Numbered from the stretch's first letter, positions 9,691 through 19,497 are shown. The stretch is 34,616 nt of DNA from Patescibacteria group bacterium (GCA_023485715.1 JAMCZG010000036.1:1-34616); one strand, 5' to 3'. Numbers and translations: made by a program. The notes: generated by a model from the letters alone, not told the origin.

Positions 9691-10812
9691 ATGAAAATTC
9701 TTATTACCGGCGGCCATCTCTCCCCTCTTTTATCCGTAATCGACGTTTTGCCCAAAAATACAGATATTTTAATTGTCGGGAGGAAGAGGGCATTAGAAGG
9801 CGATGCTGCTTTTTCACTTGAATATCAGGAAATACAGAAAAGGGGAATTCCTTTTAAGTCAATTGTAACAGGAAGACTGCAAAGAAAATTTACAAAACAC
9901 ACAATTACTTCGCTTCTAAAATTTCCGTATGGATTTATAAGCGCGGTTGAAATATTGAAAAGATTTAGGCCGGACGTTGTTTTATCTTTCGGTAGTTATA
10001 TTTCCCTTCCGGTTAATTTAGCAGCTTTTATTTTAAAGGTGCCTGTGGTTTTACACGAACAAACTTTCGGGGTAGGTACGTCAAACAAAATATCAGCGGT
10101 ATTTGCCAAAAAAATATGCGTTTCATGGGAAGAATCCAAAAAATATTTTCCAGAATCAAAAACTGTTTTAACCGGTATTCCGATAAGAAAAGAGATGTCC
10201 GATAGCGCAGACAAAAAACCCCCTGTCTTTAATAAAAAATTCGAAAACACAAACCTGCCGATGATTTATGTTACGGGTGGAAGTTTGGGATCACACGCGA
10301 TTAACCTAATGGTCGAAAAAAACTTGGAGGATTTACTGAAAAAATTTAGAATTTTTCACCAGACCGGAGATGCAAAAGAATTTGGCGATTTTGATCGTTT
10401 GGAGAAAAAAAGAGAAACGTTAGATGGAAAAATTCAGGACAGATATCTTCCCGCAAAGTTTGTCGATCCGTCGACAACAGGAAGCGTTATTAAATCTTCG
10501 GCCTTTGTAGTTTCGCGGTCCGGAATAAACACAGTTTCGGAATTAATTTTTTTGGGAAAACCCGGAATTTTAATACCGCTCCCTTACTCGCAAAATCATG
10601 AACAAATAAAAAACGCGGAATTTTTTCGGGACTTGGGTATGGGTGAAATATTATTTCAAAATGCGCCACAGGATAAATTACTTGCAAGTACGGAAGCGAT
10701 GTTTAAAAATTTAGAAAAATATAATAAAAATGCCGAGGTTGCACAAAAAACCGTACAAAAAGACGGCGCTTCTAAAATTGTCGAGGTTTTGATGCAGATT
10801 ATCCATACGTAA
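9691..10812 (+). CDS. murG: Lipid II GlcNAc transferase
   Basis: TGGHLSP, HEQ, TGIPIR, TGGSLGS, SRSG, HEQIKNA. Confidence 0.95.
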   Translation: MKILITGGHLSPLLSVIDVLPKNTDILIVGRKRALEGDAAFSLEYQEIQKRGIPFKSIVTGRLQRKFTKHTITSLLKFPYGFISAVEILKRFRPDVVLSFGSYISLPVNLAAFILKVPVVLHEQTFGVGTSNKISAVFAKKICVSWEESKKYFPESKTVLTGIPIRKEMSDSADKKPPVFNKKFENTNLPMIYVTGGSLGSHAINLMVEKNLEDLLKKFRIFHQTGDAKEFGDFDRLEKKRETLDGKIQDRYLPAKFVDPSTTGSVIKSSAFVVSRSGINTVSELIFLGKPGILIPLPYSQNHEQIKNAEFFRDLGMGEILFQNAPQDKLLASTEAMFKNLEKYNKNAEVAQKTVQKDGASKIVEVLMQIIHT

Positions 10813-10819
10813 GCTTCTT

Positions 10820-11257
10820 ATGCGGATTATAAAAAGAAAAAATCTTGCAGTTCTAAAAAGTATCCTTTCGTTTGTTTATTTCTTTTTGTTGTTTATTTCT
10901 GTGGTTCTAGTCTTTGCGTATTGGAAATTTTATCTTGATAAAAATAGACTTGTTAGTCCTGTTCCTGGTTCTTTTGCGGTTAAAAACGCGTCAAGAGTTG
11001 TGGTAAAAAACCAAGAAGAGGAGCTAAAAGAAATGCTCAACAAATATAAAATCGAATTTTTAAGACTTTCAGTTTCTACTGGCTCTGCCTATTTAGTCGA
11101 CCTTGGCGATGGGTCGAAGGCAATAATTTCTCAAAAGAAACCGATGGTCAGTCAGGTTTCCTCTTTACAACTCATACTCTCACGTTTTACAATAGAAGGA
11201 AAGCGGTTGTCGCTTGTGGATTTTCGTTTTGACAAGCCGTTAATCGTTCTTAAATAA
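10820..11257 (+). CDS. Short bitopic membrane protein, FtsQ/DivIB-like
   Basis: Single N-terminal TM segment, C-terminal VDFRFDKP resembling the FtsQ DLR motif, position between murG and ftsA. Confidence 0.6.
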   Translation: MRIIKRKNLAVLKSILSFVYFFLLFISVVLVFAYWKFYLDKNRLVSPVPGSFAVKNASRVVVKNQEEELKEMLNKYKIEFLRLSVSTGSAYLVDLGDGSKAIISQKKPMVSQVSSLQLILSRFTIEGKRLSLVDFRFDKPLIVLK

Positions 11258-11260
11258 ATT

Positions 11261-12562
11261 ATGAGCGACGGGAAAATTGTCGTTGGGGTAGACATCGGAA
11301 CCTCAAAAATTGTTACAGTTATCGCTAAAATCGATGATTTTGTTAATGTCTTGGGGGTGTCGGAAGTAAAGGCGCAGGGAATTAAAAAAGGCCAAATCGT
11401 CGATATCGAAGAAGCAGTTTCCGCGATAAATACTTCACTTGAAGGCGCAGAGCGCATGGCCGGATACTCGGTTTCTCACGTGGTCGCATCAGTCGGTGGA
11501 AGCCATATCGAAAGTTTAAATTCAAGGGGAGTAGTTGCCATATCTTCCCCGGAAGGAGAAATTAACAGAAACGATATCGACAGGGTGGTCGATGCCGCAA
11601 AGGCAGTCTCTTTGCCGTCTTCACGCGAAATAATTCACGTTTTACCCCGTAATTTTAGCGTAAACGGCCAGGAGGGGATAAAAGACCCGATCGGCATGGC
11701 AGGAGTGCGTTTGGAAGTCGATACCCACATAATTACCGCTAGTTCTACTTCGCTTCGGAATTTAGAGAAAGCGCTTTCGGAAGTCGGGGTCAATGTAGAC
11801 GGCTTTGTGTTTAACGGTTACGCAAGCAGTCTCTCAGTATTATCCGATACAGAAAAGGAATTAGGGGTGGTTTTGGTCGATATGGGGGCCGGGACAACAG
11901 ATATATCGATTTATGTCGACGGTTCTATTGCGTATTCTTCTGTTTTATCGATCGGCGCACGACACATAACTAACGATTTAGCCATAGGTCTTCGGATTTC
12001 TCTTGAGTCGGCCGAAAAAATTAAATTATTTCTGTCCAGAGCTCCAGAAAGACGGAGACTAAACCCGGAAGACCTGGAATCGGAAGAAAAACAACAGGCT
12101 CCGGTAAAAAAAAGCGACGAAATAGACCTTGGCGCTTTGGAATTACCGGAGGAGATCAGAAAAGTGTCGCAAAAGACCCTGATCGAGGGCATAATAAGGC
12201 CCAGACTTAATGAAATATTTACCATGATCGGACTGGAACTTAAAAAAAGCGGATACGGTGGTCAAACTCCCGCGGGGGTAGTTATAACAGGAGGCGGGGC
12301 AAGAACGATCGGTGTGGTCGACTCAGCAAAGAGAATGCTTGCGATGCCTGTTAGAATCGGAATTCCAACTGGAATAAAAGGGATTGTCGACGAAATCCAA
12401 GACACCCCGTTTGCGACGGTTGTTGGGCTTTCTATATATGGATCAAGATTTGAAGGACAAAGTTCTTTGCCTTTTGGCATTTCTCTCCCTAAAATTCCCC
12501 ACGTCGGTGGATTTGGATTTTTCGGAAAGATTGTTAACTTCGTAAAATCGTTTATCCCCTAG
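11261..12562 (+). CDS. ftsA: Cell division protein FtsA
   Basis: [34 protein letters not shown]-terminal amphipathic helix. Confidence 0.97.
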   Translation: MSDGKIVVGVDIGTSKIVTVIAKIDDFVNVLGVSEVKAQGIKKGQIVDIEEAVSAINTSLEGAERMAGYSVSHVVASVGGSHIESLNSRGVVAISSPEGEINRNDIDRVVDAAKAVSLPSSREIIHVLPRNFSVNGQEGIKDPIGMAGVRLEVDTHIITASSTSLRNLEKALSEVGVNVDGFVFNGYASSLSVLSDTEKELGVVLVDMGAGTTDISIYVDGSIAYSSVLSIGARHITNDLAIGLRISLESAEKIKLFLSRAPERRRLNPEDLESEEKQQAPVKKSDEIDLGALELPEEIRKVSQKTLIEGIIRPRLNEIFTMIGLELKKSGYGGQTPAGVVITGGGARTIGVVDSAKRMLAMPVRIGIPTGIKGIVDEIQDTPFATVVGLSIYGSRFEGQSSLPFGISLPKIPHVGGFGFFGKIVNFVKSFIP

Positions 12563-12571
12563 TTTTGCATG

Positions 12572-12600
12572 TTGCAAAATATTTTTTTGTTTGCTAGTAT
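12572..12600 (+). promoter_or_regulatory. Promoter for ftsZ
   Basis: TTGCAA-17nt-TAGTAT with extended TG, 11 nt before ATG 12612. Confidence 0.5.
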
Positions 12601-12611
12601 TTTGTTTACTT

Positions 12612-13691
12612 ATGCTGATTAAGCCTCAAACTACAAATTTTGCAAAAATTCGGGTGATGGGGATTGGTGGTGGGGGAACAAACGCCTTAAATTCGATGAT
12701 CACACAAAGCCAGATTCAGGGAGTCGATTTTGTCGCCGTAAATACAGATGCGCAGGCGCTTTTAATGTCGCATTCGGCAACAAAACTTCAGATCGGTGAA
12801 AATTTAACCAGGGGTTTAGGGTCGGGCGGGGATCCGGAGATCGGAAAGCAGGCAGCAGAGGAATCTGAAGGAAAAGTAAGAGATATGTTGGAAGGTTCGG
12901 ACATGGTGTTTTTAGCGGCCGGAATGGGCGGGGGAACAGGGACAGGCGCATGTCCGACGATCGCAAAAGTTGCAAAGGAACTCGGTGCCTTAACTATAGC
13001 AGTGGTAACAAAACCGTTTTCGTTTGAAGGGACAAGAAGGATGGTAAACGCAGAGGACGGAATCGAAAACCTTAAAGACAAAGTTGACACACTGATTGTT
13101 ATCCCAAACCAAAGGATTTTAGATGTTGTTGATAAAAAACTTTCGCTTTTAGAAGCGTTTAAAGTTGCCGATTCTGTTTTATCCCAGGGAGTGCAGGGGA
13201 TTTCTGATTTAATCACGATGCCAGGACTTATAAACGTAGATTTTGCAGATGTACGGTCGATTATGACAAACGCGGGGTCGGCCTTAATGGGAATCGGGAC
13301 GGGAGTCGGGGAAAATAGGGCACAAACCGCAGCGAGAACCGCGACATAAATCGATATATCTGAGATTTCGATGGATGGCGCAAGGGGGGTACTCTTCAAC
13401 GTTATCGGGGGGCCCGATCTTACGATGAGCGAAGTAAACGACGCTGCCCAGATTATTTCCCAAGCTGCAGATCCGGATGCAAATATAATTTTTGGCGCGA
13501 CAATCGACGAAACGATGCACGACCAGATGAAAATTACTGTTATAGCGACGGGCTTTGACCAGACAAAGCAAAGGTTAAAGCAATTTGTACCAGAGCCAGC
13601 TGCTCAAGAACCGGTTAAACCAGCAGAACAGCCTAAAGAACAGGAAGAAGACGTTTGGGATATTCCCGCATTCCTAAGACAGAGGAATTAG
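12612..13691 (+). pseudogene. ftsZ: Cell division protein FtsZ with one in-frame TAA (13347-13349); possibly an assembly error
   Basis: [27 protein letters not shown] and the C-terminal DIPAFLR tail are all in one frame. The two track ORFs (12591..13349 and 13371..13691) are one gene; likely start ATG 12612. Confidence 0.9.
13342..13362. repeat. 21-bp perfect inverted copy of ftsA 11898-11918
   Basis: cgacataaatcgatatatctg is the reverse complement of cagatatatcgatttatgtcg. Confidence 0.95.
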
Positions 13692-13744
13692 TTTTTAAGC
13701 TTCAAAATCTTGACAGCGCGATTGTTTAGTGTAATTATAAGACC

Positions 13745-13786
13745 ATGAAAATCCTCTTTGGTAGTAATAAATTAATTACTATATAA
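13745..13786 (+). other. Putative 13-codon leader peptide (MKILFGSNKLITI)
   Basis: ATG about 30 nt after TTGACA (13710-13715); its stop overlaps the 5' arm of a terminator hairpin. Confidence 0.4.
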
Positions 13787-13806
13787 CCACCTCCGGGTGG
13801 TTTTTT
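13785..13806 (+). terminator. Intrinsic terminator/attenuator hairpin
   Basis: AACCACC-tccg-GGTGGTT followed by a T run. Confidence 0.75.
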
Positions 13807-13815
13807 AGTGGAGCG

Positions 13816-13826
13816 AAAGGAGGTGA
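13816..13826 (+). promoter_or_regulatory. Strong Shine-Dalgarno site
   Basis: AAAGGAGGTGA, 7 nt before ATG 13834. Confidence 0.85.
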
Positions 13827-13833
13827 AATATAA

Positions 13834-14337
13834 ATGAAAAATTTACTTATTTTAGTTTTTGTTTTTTCCTTTTTCCTTTTTGTTCCGAAAGTTTCAGCAG
13901 GATTTGATCAATACGGATACAATGATACAGCAAGAAATTTTGTAGGTACCGGATCCAGCTGGTGTCAGGGAAAATTGGGTTGGGACGAAGCTGCTTGTGA
14001 CGCATATATGGGCGCTTGGGCAGACGACAAGTTGGTTATGAAGTGGAATGCAGAATGGGATAGGGGAAATAAAGAAGAATGGACAGATCCGAACGGATAT
14101 GATGCATGGATCAATAACGAATGGAATGGAAGAGTAGATGGTTCTGGCGAGATTTGGCATTACAAAATAGCGTGGGATAAAGGGTGTGCCGATGGTAGCA
14201 CTCCTGCAAATGTCGCCAAAGGTTCGGCCTATTGTATATGGGGTCCATTCGCAATGCTTCAGAGCCAAGGTTCGGGAGCAGATAGAGTTCATGTTTGGGA
14301 TGTTCTCTTAAAGCCCGCGGGATACGGAGCGTATTAG
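13834..14337 (+). CDS. Secreted Trp/Gly/Asp-rich hypothetical protein
   Basis: Sec signal peptide ending VSA, four Cys, many Trp, strong SD, downstream terminator. Confidence 0.85.
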   Translation: MKNLLILVFVFSFFLFVPKVSAGFDQYGYNDTARNFVGTGSSWCQGKLGWDEAACDAYMGAWADDKLVMKWNAEWDRGNKEEWTDPNGYDAWINNEWNGRVDGSGEIWHYKIAWDKGCADGSTPANVAKGSAYCIWGPFAMLQSQGSGADRVHVWDVLLKPAGYGAY

Positions 14338-14355
14338 TTATTTTTGAGAAAATTT

Positions 14356-14392
14356 AAACAGCCCATCGGGGAAACTCGGTGGGTTGTTTTTT
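14356..14392. terminator. Intrinsic terminator between convergent genes
   Basis: AAACAGCCCATCGGG-GAAA-CTCGGTGGGTTGTTT stem with GNRA loop and T tail. Confidence 0.85.
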
Positions 14393-14394
14393 AT

Positions 14395-15126
14395 TTACTT
14401 GCGGATTTTTTTGTAGATATTGTCCGGGATTTTTTTGTTTTTATAGAAAAACACGCGAAGCATTTTTACTATTAATATATGAAAATTCATTCCGCCTGCT
14501 ACCGAGTTATGGTTGTCCTCTGATTCTGCTTTAAACTTTTCCGCCGGTTTATAATCGTCGATTATTTCGTAATCAATTTTATTTTTCCAATACAATCTCA
14601 TAAAGGGCTCCGGATTGGCTTGAATTATCGAATCAACAGCGGATTTATAGGTAGCGCTGTGGCTAGAAAGCGCAGTATGCATTTTTTTACTTTTTCGAAC
14701 AAATATCAGTTTATTTTTATTTCTGTAAACAAACCAAAGATGGCTTTTAAAAGGAAGCATTGTTTCTATAAGCCCGTTTGGTACTTCTAAATATCCCATT
14801 TTAGAAACTCGGACTATCTCTTTAATCGCGGCAGCAGGATTTTCTACGTGTTCGAGTAAATGACTGGTAAAAGAAAAATCAAATGCCTTGTCTTTAAAAG
14901 GTAGATTAAATACAGTCCCGTCAACAAATGTGCCGATGTCGTGGATCGTTTCTGTGCCGGATGCCCTTTGAACATTGCTCAACGACAAATCGTCGACGTA
15001 TACATCTGCCCTCCAAAAAGGTTTATCGCCCGATCCGATATCGACCACAAGGGCATTTTTACTTATTTTAAATCCCGGTAAAACTTTTCTTGTATAAAAA
15101 TAGGATAATTTCGAGAAAAAATTCAT
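14395..15126 (-). CDS. Class I SAM-dependent methyltransferase
   Basis: VVDIGSG, LPFKDKAFDF, SHLLEHVENP, EIVRVSK. Confidence 0.88.
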   Translation of the reverse strand: MNFFSKLSYFYTRKVLPGFKISKNALVVDIGSGDKPFWRADVYVDDLSLSNVQRASGTETIHDIGTFVDGTVFNLPFKDKAFDFSFTSHLLEHVENPAAAIKEIVRVSKMGYLEVPNGLIETMLPFKSHLWFVYRNKNKLIFVRKSKKMHTALSSHSATYKSAVDSIIQANPEPFMRLYWKNKIDYEIIDDYKPAEKFKAESEDNHNSVAGGMNFHILIVKMLRVFFYKNKKIPDNIYKKIRK

Positions 15127-15233
15127 TTAACCTGATTAATGTTTTTAATATTAACACATTTTTATTTAATATCAATAGTATGGTTTCTAACTATTTATTG
15201 TAAAAATTCCCTACAAGGTGATATAATTTTTAT

Positions 15234-15476
15234 ATGCCAAATCCATCTGAAAGAGGTAAAAGTACAGGAGTATCAGGACAGGGAATATCAGGAGAATCCG
15301 GAGTAATTAGATTCCGCGCCAGGGTTCCGGTAACGGGTAAAAGCGGATTTGTTATCGGGTCCGAAACAGTGGAGTTAACAACGTACGGTTTGAGAAAACA
15401 AGAAGTTCCGGATCAAAGTGGAATAAAACCGAATTGTCAATTTGACCCTCAAAGTAGAGATTACAAACCCAAATAA
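15234..15476 (+). CDS. Small hypothetical protein
   Basis: 80-aa ORF filling the gap; TTGTAA and TGATATAAT lie just upstream, with the -10 ending 6 nt before the ATG. Confidence 0.55.
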   Translation: MPNPSERGKSTGVSGQGISGESGVIRFRARVPVTGKSGFVIGSETVELTTYGLRKQEVPDQSGIKPNCQFDPQSRDYKPK

Positions 15477-15489
15477 ACTGCGGTTACAC

Positions 15490-15518
15490 TTGAATAGCAT
15501 AATGTTTTAAACTACAAT
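15490..15518 (+). promoter_or_regulatory. Leaderless promoter for ileS
   Basis: TTGAAT-17nt-TACAAT, 7 nt before ATG 15526. Confidence 0.65.
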
Positions 15519-15525
15519 ATAGTTT

Positions 15526-18399
15526 ATGTTCAAGCCTGTTTCTCCCAATATCGATTTTCCGTTGTTAGAACGCGATTTGCTAAAAAAATGGTACGAAAAC
15601 GGAATCGTCGAAAAATATTTAAACCGCAACAATAATTCAAAAGAAAAATTTTCCTTTCTTGATGGTCCGATTACTGCAAACAACCCGATGGGGGTTCATC
15701 ACGCATGGGGAAGGACTTATAAAGATTTTTGGCAAAGGTTTTGGAATATGAGAGGTCGAAAACAGAGATTCCAAAACGGCTTTGATGAACAGGGTTTGTG
15801 GGTCGAAGTCGAAGTCGAAAAAGAATTAGGTCTTCACACAAAAAGAGATATAGAAAATTTGATTCCGGGAAATAAATTTAAAAGCCTCGAAAAATTTATT
15901 AATTTATGTAAAGAAAGGGTTAAAAAATACTCAACGATTCAAACGGAACAATCAAAAAGACTCGGCTATTTTATGGACTGGGAAAATTCTTACCACACTT
16001 CGTCCGACGAGAATAATTACGCGATCTGGAATTTTTTAAAGATTGTAAACGAGAAAGGTTGGTTATATAAGGGACGGGATTCTGTTCCGTGGTGTCCAAG
16101 ATGCGGCACTGCGATTTCTCAACACGAAATTTTAACCGAAGAGTATAAAAATTTAACCCACGAATCCGTGTATTTTAAGCTTCCGATACAAGACAAAAGA
16201 AACGAATTTTTGCTCGTATGGACTACGACTCCCTGGACGATTCCGGCAAATGTTGCAGTTGCTGTAAATTCGGAAGAAAAATACGGGGCGTATAGAATCG
16301 GGGATCAAATAATTTGGCTGATGGAAAAAAGATTTGAAGTGCTAAGAAAAAATAATGATTTCAAAGAATTAAAATTGGAAAGTTCAAAAAAAGGAAAAGA
16401 TCTCGTCGGTCTTGAATACGAAGCGCCTTTTGATAACCTGCCAAGGGTTACAAATTCTTTAAAAAATTACTCACATAGAGTTGTTGCAGGAGACGAACGG
16501 ATTTTGCCGGTCGGGATAGAAGAGGGTACAGGGTTGGTCCACGTGGCTCCCGGCGCCGGAGCCGAAGACTTTCAACTAGGTAAAAAAGAAAGCCTTCCGG
16601 TTATCGAAATAATCGATGAGGCCGCAAATTATCTGGAGGATCTAGGTGAGCTAAGCGGTAAAAACGCAAAAAAACATCCAGAGATTATAATCGACTTTCT
16701 AAAAACCACAAAGAATTTTTTCTTTGCCACAGAAAGGTACACGCACCGTTACCCGACTTGCTGGAGATGTAAAACAGAGCTTGTCTGGCGGGTGGTCGAC
16801 GAATGGTATATTTCGATGGATAAAAAAGACGAATCGGGTAAAACTTATCGGGAACAAATGTTAGAAGTCGCAAAAAAAATAGAGTGGTTGCCTAAGTGGG
16901 GATTGGACAGGGAACTCGATTGGCTTAAAAATATGCACGATTGGTTGATAAGTAAAAAAAGATATTGGGGATTAGCTTTGCCGATCTGGGAATGCCAAAA
17001 ATGCAAGAGTTTTGAAGTTATTGGGGATAAGAAAGAATTAGAAGAAAAAGCAGTCGAGGGATACGATAAATTCGAAGGTAATTCGCCTCATCGTCCGTGG
17101 ATCGATCAAATAAGAATAAGATGTTCAAAATGCGACGGGCTTACGGAAAGAATTTCAGACGTCGGAAATCCGTGGCTTGACGCAGGAATAGTGCCGTTTT
17201 CGACGATGCCCCAAGACTGGTTTCCCGCAGATTTTATTACCGAAAGTTTTCCCGGACAATTTAAAAATTGGTTTTATTCTCTTATTGCCATGAGTACGGC
17301 GTTGAAAAATAAGGAGCCTTTTAAAACCGTTTTAGGATTTGCGTCGGTTCGGGATGAAAAAGGGGAAGAAATGCATAAATCAAAGGGAAACGCGATCGAA
17401 TTTAATGAAGCAGCCGATAAGATCGGTGTAGACGTTATGCGTTGGACTTATCTTCGGACTAACCCCGAACAAAATCTTAATTTCGGATACCATACGGCAG
17501 ATGAGATTCGCCGGCTTTTCCACTTAAGGCTTTGGAATACTTTTAGTTTTTTCTTAATGTATGCGTCGGTTGATAAATGGGTTCCCGTAAAATCAGAGTT
17601 TAATCCAAAACACGTCTTGGATCGATGGATACTTTCGCGTTTAAACGGAAGCATAAAAAATATAACCTCAAAAATTGAAAAATACGACGCCTTTGGTGCG
17701 TGTGAAGACGCGGAAAATTTCGTAATCAACGATCTTTCCAATTGGTATGTGAGGAGGATAAGGGATAGAGTCGGTCCGACCGCACCGGACGGCCAAGATA
17801 AAAACGATGCTTATCAAACCCTGTGGAGCGTGTTGGTTCAATATTCTAAACTTCTTTCCCCGTTTATTCCGTTTATCGCAGAAGAAATTTACGTAAATTT
17901 AACAGAAGAAGAATCCGTAAATCTAGTAGATTGGCCAAAACAGGATGAATTACTTATTGACAAGAAACTGGAGGAGGAAATGAGCCTTGCGAGAGAGATT
18001 GTTGAATTAACACATTCAAAGAGAAAAGAAAAAAATATTAAGGTGAGACAGCCATTGGGGTTACTTACTGTTACAACAACGATTTCTTTGTCGGAAGAGA
18101 TAAAAAAAATCATAGTAAGCGAAGTAAATGTTAAAAGAATTAGAGACGAATTAAAAAAAGATGTTTCTCTTTCGATAAATCTGGATACAAACATTACAGA
18201 CGAGTTAAAGCAAGAAGGGGATGCGCGGGAAATTATCAGAAAAATTCAGCACGCGCGAAAAGAGCTGGGAACAAAACCCGATGATTTTGTCGACGTTACG
18301 ATCGAGTCTTGGCCAGAAAAATTTGAGGACTATATTAAGAAAAAGGCGCTTATAAAAACTCTTGTAAAAGGCGGTGAATTTGCGGTCGAAAAAGCATGA
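15526..18399 (+). CDS. ileS: Isoleucine--tRNA ligase, type 2 (IleRS2)
   Basis: FLDGPITAN, WTTTPWT, GTGLVHVAPG, DWLISKKRYWG, LSNWYVRR, C-terminal LDTNITDELKQEGDAREIIR without a zinc-finger tail. Confidence 0.95.
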   Translation: MFKPVSPNIDFPLLERDLLKKWYENGIVEKYLNRNNNSKEKFSFLDGPITANNPMGVHHAWGRTYKDFWQRFWNMRGRKQRFQNGFDEQGLWVEVEVEKELGLHTKRDIENLIPGNKFKSLEKFINLCKERVKKYSTIQTEQSKRLGYFMDWENSYHTSSDENNYAIWNFLKIVNEKGWLYKGRDSVPWCPRCGTAISQHEILTEEYKNLTHESVYFKLPIQDKRNEFLLVWTTTPWTIPANVAVAVNSEEKYGAYRIGDQIIWLMEKRFEVLRKNNDFKELKLESSKKGKDLVGLEYEAPFDNLPRVTNSLKNYSHRVVAGDERILPVGIEEGTGLVHVAPGAGAEDFQLGKKESLPVIEIIDEAANYLEDLGELSGKNAKKHPEIIIDFLKTTKNFFFATERYTHRYPTCWRCKTELVWRVVDEWYISMDKKDESGKTYREQMLEVAKKIEWLPKWGLDRELDWLKNMHDWLISKKRYWGLALPIWECQKCKSFEVIGDKKELEEKAVEGYDKFEGNSPHRPWIDQIRIRCSKCDGLTERISDVGNPWLDAGIVPFSTMPQDWFPADFITESFPGQFKNWFYSLIAMSTALKNKEPFKTVLGFASVRDEKGEEMHKSKGNAIEFNEAADKIGVDVMRWTYLRTNPEQNLNFGYHTADEIRRLFHLRLWNTFSFFLMYASVDKWVPVKSEFNPKHVLDRWILSRLNGSIKNITSKIEKYDAFGACEDAENFVINDLSNWYVRRIRDRVGPTAPDGQDKNDAYQTLWSVLVQYSKLLSPFIPFIAEEIYVNLTEEESVNLVDWPKQDELLIDKKLEEEMSLAREIVELTHSKRKEKNIKVRQPLGLLTVTTTISLSEEIKKIIVSEVNVKRIRDELKKDVSLSINLDTNITDELKQEGDAREIIRKIQHARKELGTKPDDFVDVTIESWPEKFEDYIKKKALIKTLVKGGEFAVEKA

Positions 18400-19472
18400 G
18401 AGGGAGATTCTTAAATTTGGATTTTGGGTTGCTTGCGCCCACTTTTGTTTTAAATATTTTAAGCCTCACAACACTCTTTTCGGTAAACATCGCATTATTT
18501 AGGTCTCAACTCCTATTTCTATTTTTTTCTTTTTTTGTGTTTGTGATTTTTTCGCGATTCGATTACCGAGCTCTCCGTTTATACGCTCTGCCGATTTATA
18601 TAGGTTCAATAGTAATATTAACTTTGCTTTTATTATTTGGTAGTCAAAGCAGGGGAGCAGTCCGTTGGTTTGAACTTTTTGGAATTCAGATCCAATTTTC
18701 AGAAATATTAAAACCATTTTTAATAATTTCTTTAGCTGCGTTTATTTCCAAGAGGAAAAAGGACGTAAAAACACTTTTATTGACATTACTATTATTAACT
18801 CCGCTTGTATTACTGATTTATCGTCAACCAGACTTAGGCAATGCGTTAATTTATTTATTCGTTACTGTTCTGACCTTGTTTACGACCGGATTTTCGTTTA
18901 TCTGGTTTATTGCCGGTTTTGTTTTAATCGCTATTTCTTCTCCAATAATTTGGCAGTTTTTGCACGAGTACCAACGAAAAAGGCTTATGACATTTATTAA
19001 CCCTACAGGCGATCCGCTTGGCGCGTCTTATAACGCGATTCAATCGATAATCGCGGTCGGATCGGGAATGATTTTGGGTCGTGGAATCGGCGGAGAAACT
19101 CAGTCGAGACTTAGATTTTTACCCGAACGCCACACGGATTTTATTTTTGCGACGATTTCTGAAAAATTCGGGTTTTTGGTTTCGGTTTTAATCCTTGTGT
19201 GTTTTGCTTTTTTACTTTATCGAATCTATGCTATTTTCGTTAATTCTCCAGACAAATTCTGCAAAATTTTTTGTATCGGATGTTTTTTTGCCATTTTGGT
19301 TCAAGTTTTTGTTAATATCGGGATGAATATAGGAATAGTGCCTGTCGTAGGTATCACCTTGCCCTTTGTGTCTTACGGGGGAAGTTCGCTTCTTGCTAGT
19401 TTTATAATGCTTGGTCTTTTGTCTTCGATAAGTAAAACCTATAAAAACAGGGAAGTGCTAGAAATAAGGTGA
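18396..19472 (+). CDS. rodA: SEDS protein RodA
   Basis: GAVRWF, QPDLG, YQRKRL, DPLGASYNAIQSIIAVGSG, FLPERHTDFIF, LPFVSYGGSS. Confidence 0.92.
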   Translation: MRGRFLNLDFGLLAPTFVLNILSLTTLFSVNIALFRSQLLFLFFSFFVFVIFSRFDYRALRLYALPIYIGSIVILTLLLLFGSQSRGAVRWFELFGIQIQFSEILKPFLIISLAAFISKRKKDVKTLLLTLLLLTPLVLLIYRQPDLGNALIYLFVTVLTLFTTGFSFIWFIAGFVLIAISSPIIWQFLHEYQRKRLMTFINPTGDPLGASYNAIQSIIAVGSGMILGRGIGGETQSRLRFLPERHTDFIFATISEKFGFLVSVLILVCFAFLLYRIYAIFVNSPDKFCKIFCIGCFFAILVQVFVNIGMNIGIVPVVGITLPFVSYGGSSLLASFIMLGLLSSISKTYKNREVLEIR

Positions 19473-19497
19473 TTATTTTGATATAATTAGAGTCTTA

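Noticed and set aside
12591-12611. TTG start for ftsZ given by the ORF track
   Set aside because: It overlaps the predicted -10 box; ATG 12612 (MLIKP) fits better.
13347-13349. Stop-codon recoding as the explanation for the ftsZ stop
   Set aside because: The stop is TAA, which ends most genes here, and the neighbouring codons are also wrong; TGA is used as a stop in ftsW and rodA, so code 25 does not apply.
11898-13362. Invertible DNA switch bounded by the 21-bp inverted repeat
   Set aside because: ftsA and ftsZ are colinear on both sides of each copy, inversion would break both genes, and no recombinase is nearby.
12788-13399. 203-aa antisense ORF and the other short antisense or nested ORFs in the track
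   Set aside because: They shadow well-supported genes and have no motifs of their own.
15477-15525. T-box leader for ileS
   Set aside because: The gap is 49 nt, holds a promoter directly before the ATG, and has no T-box motif.
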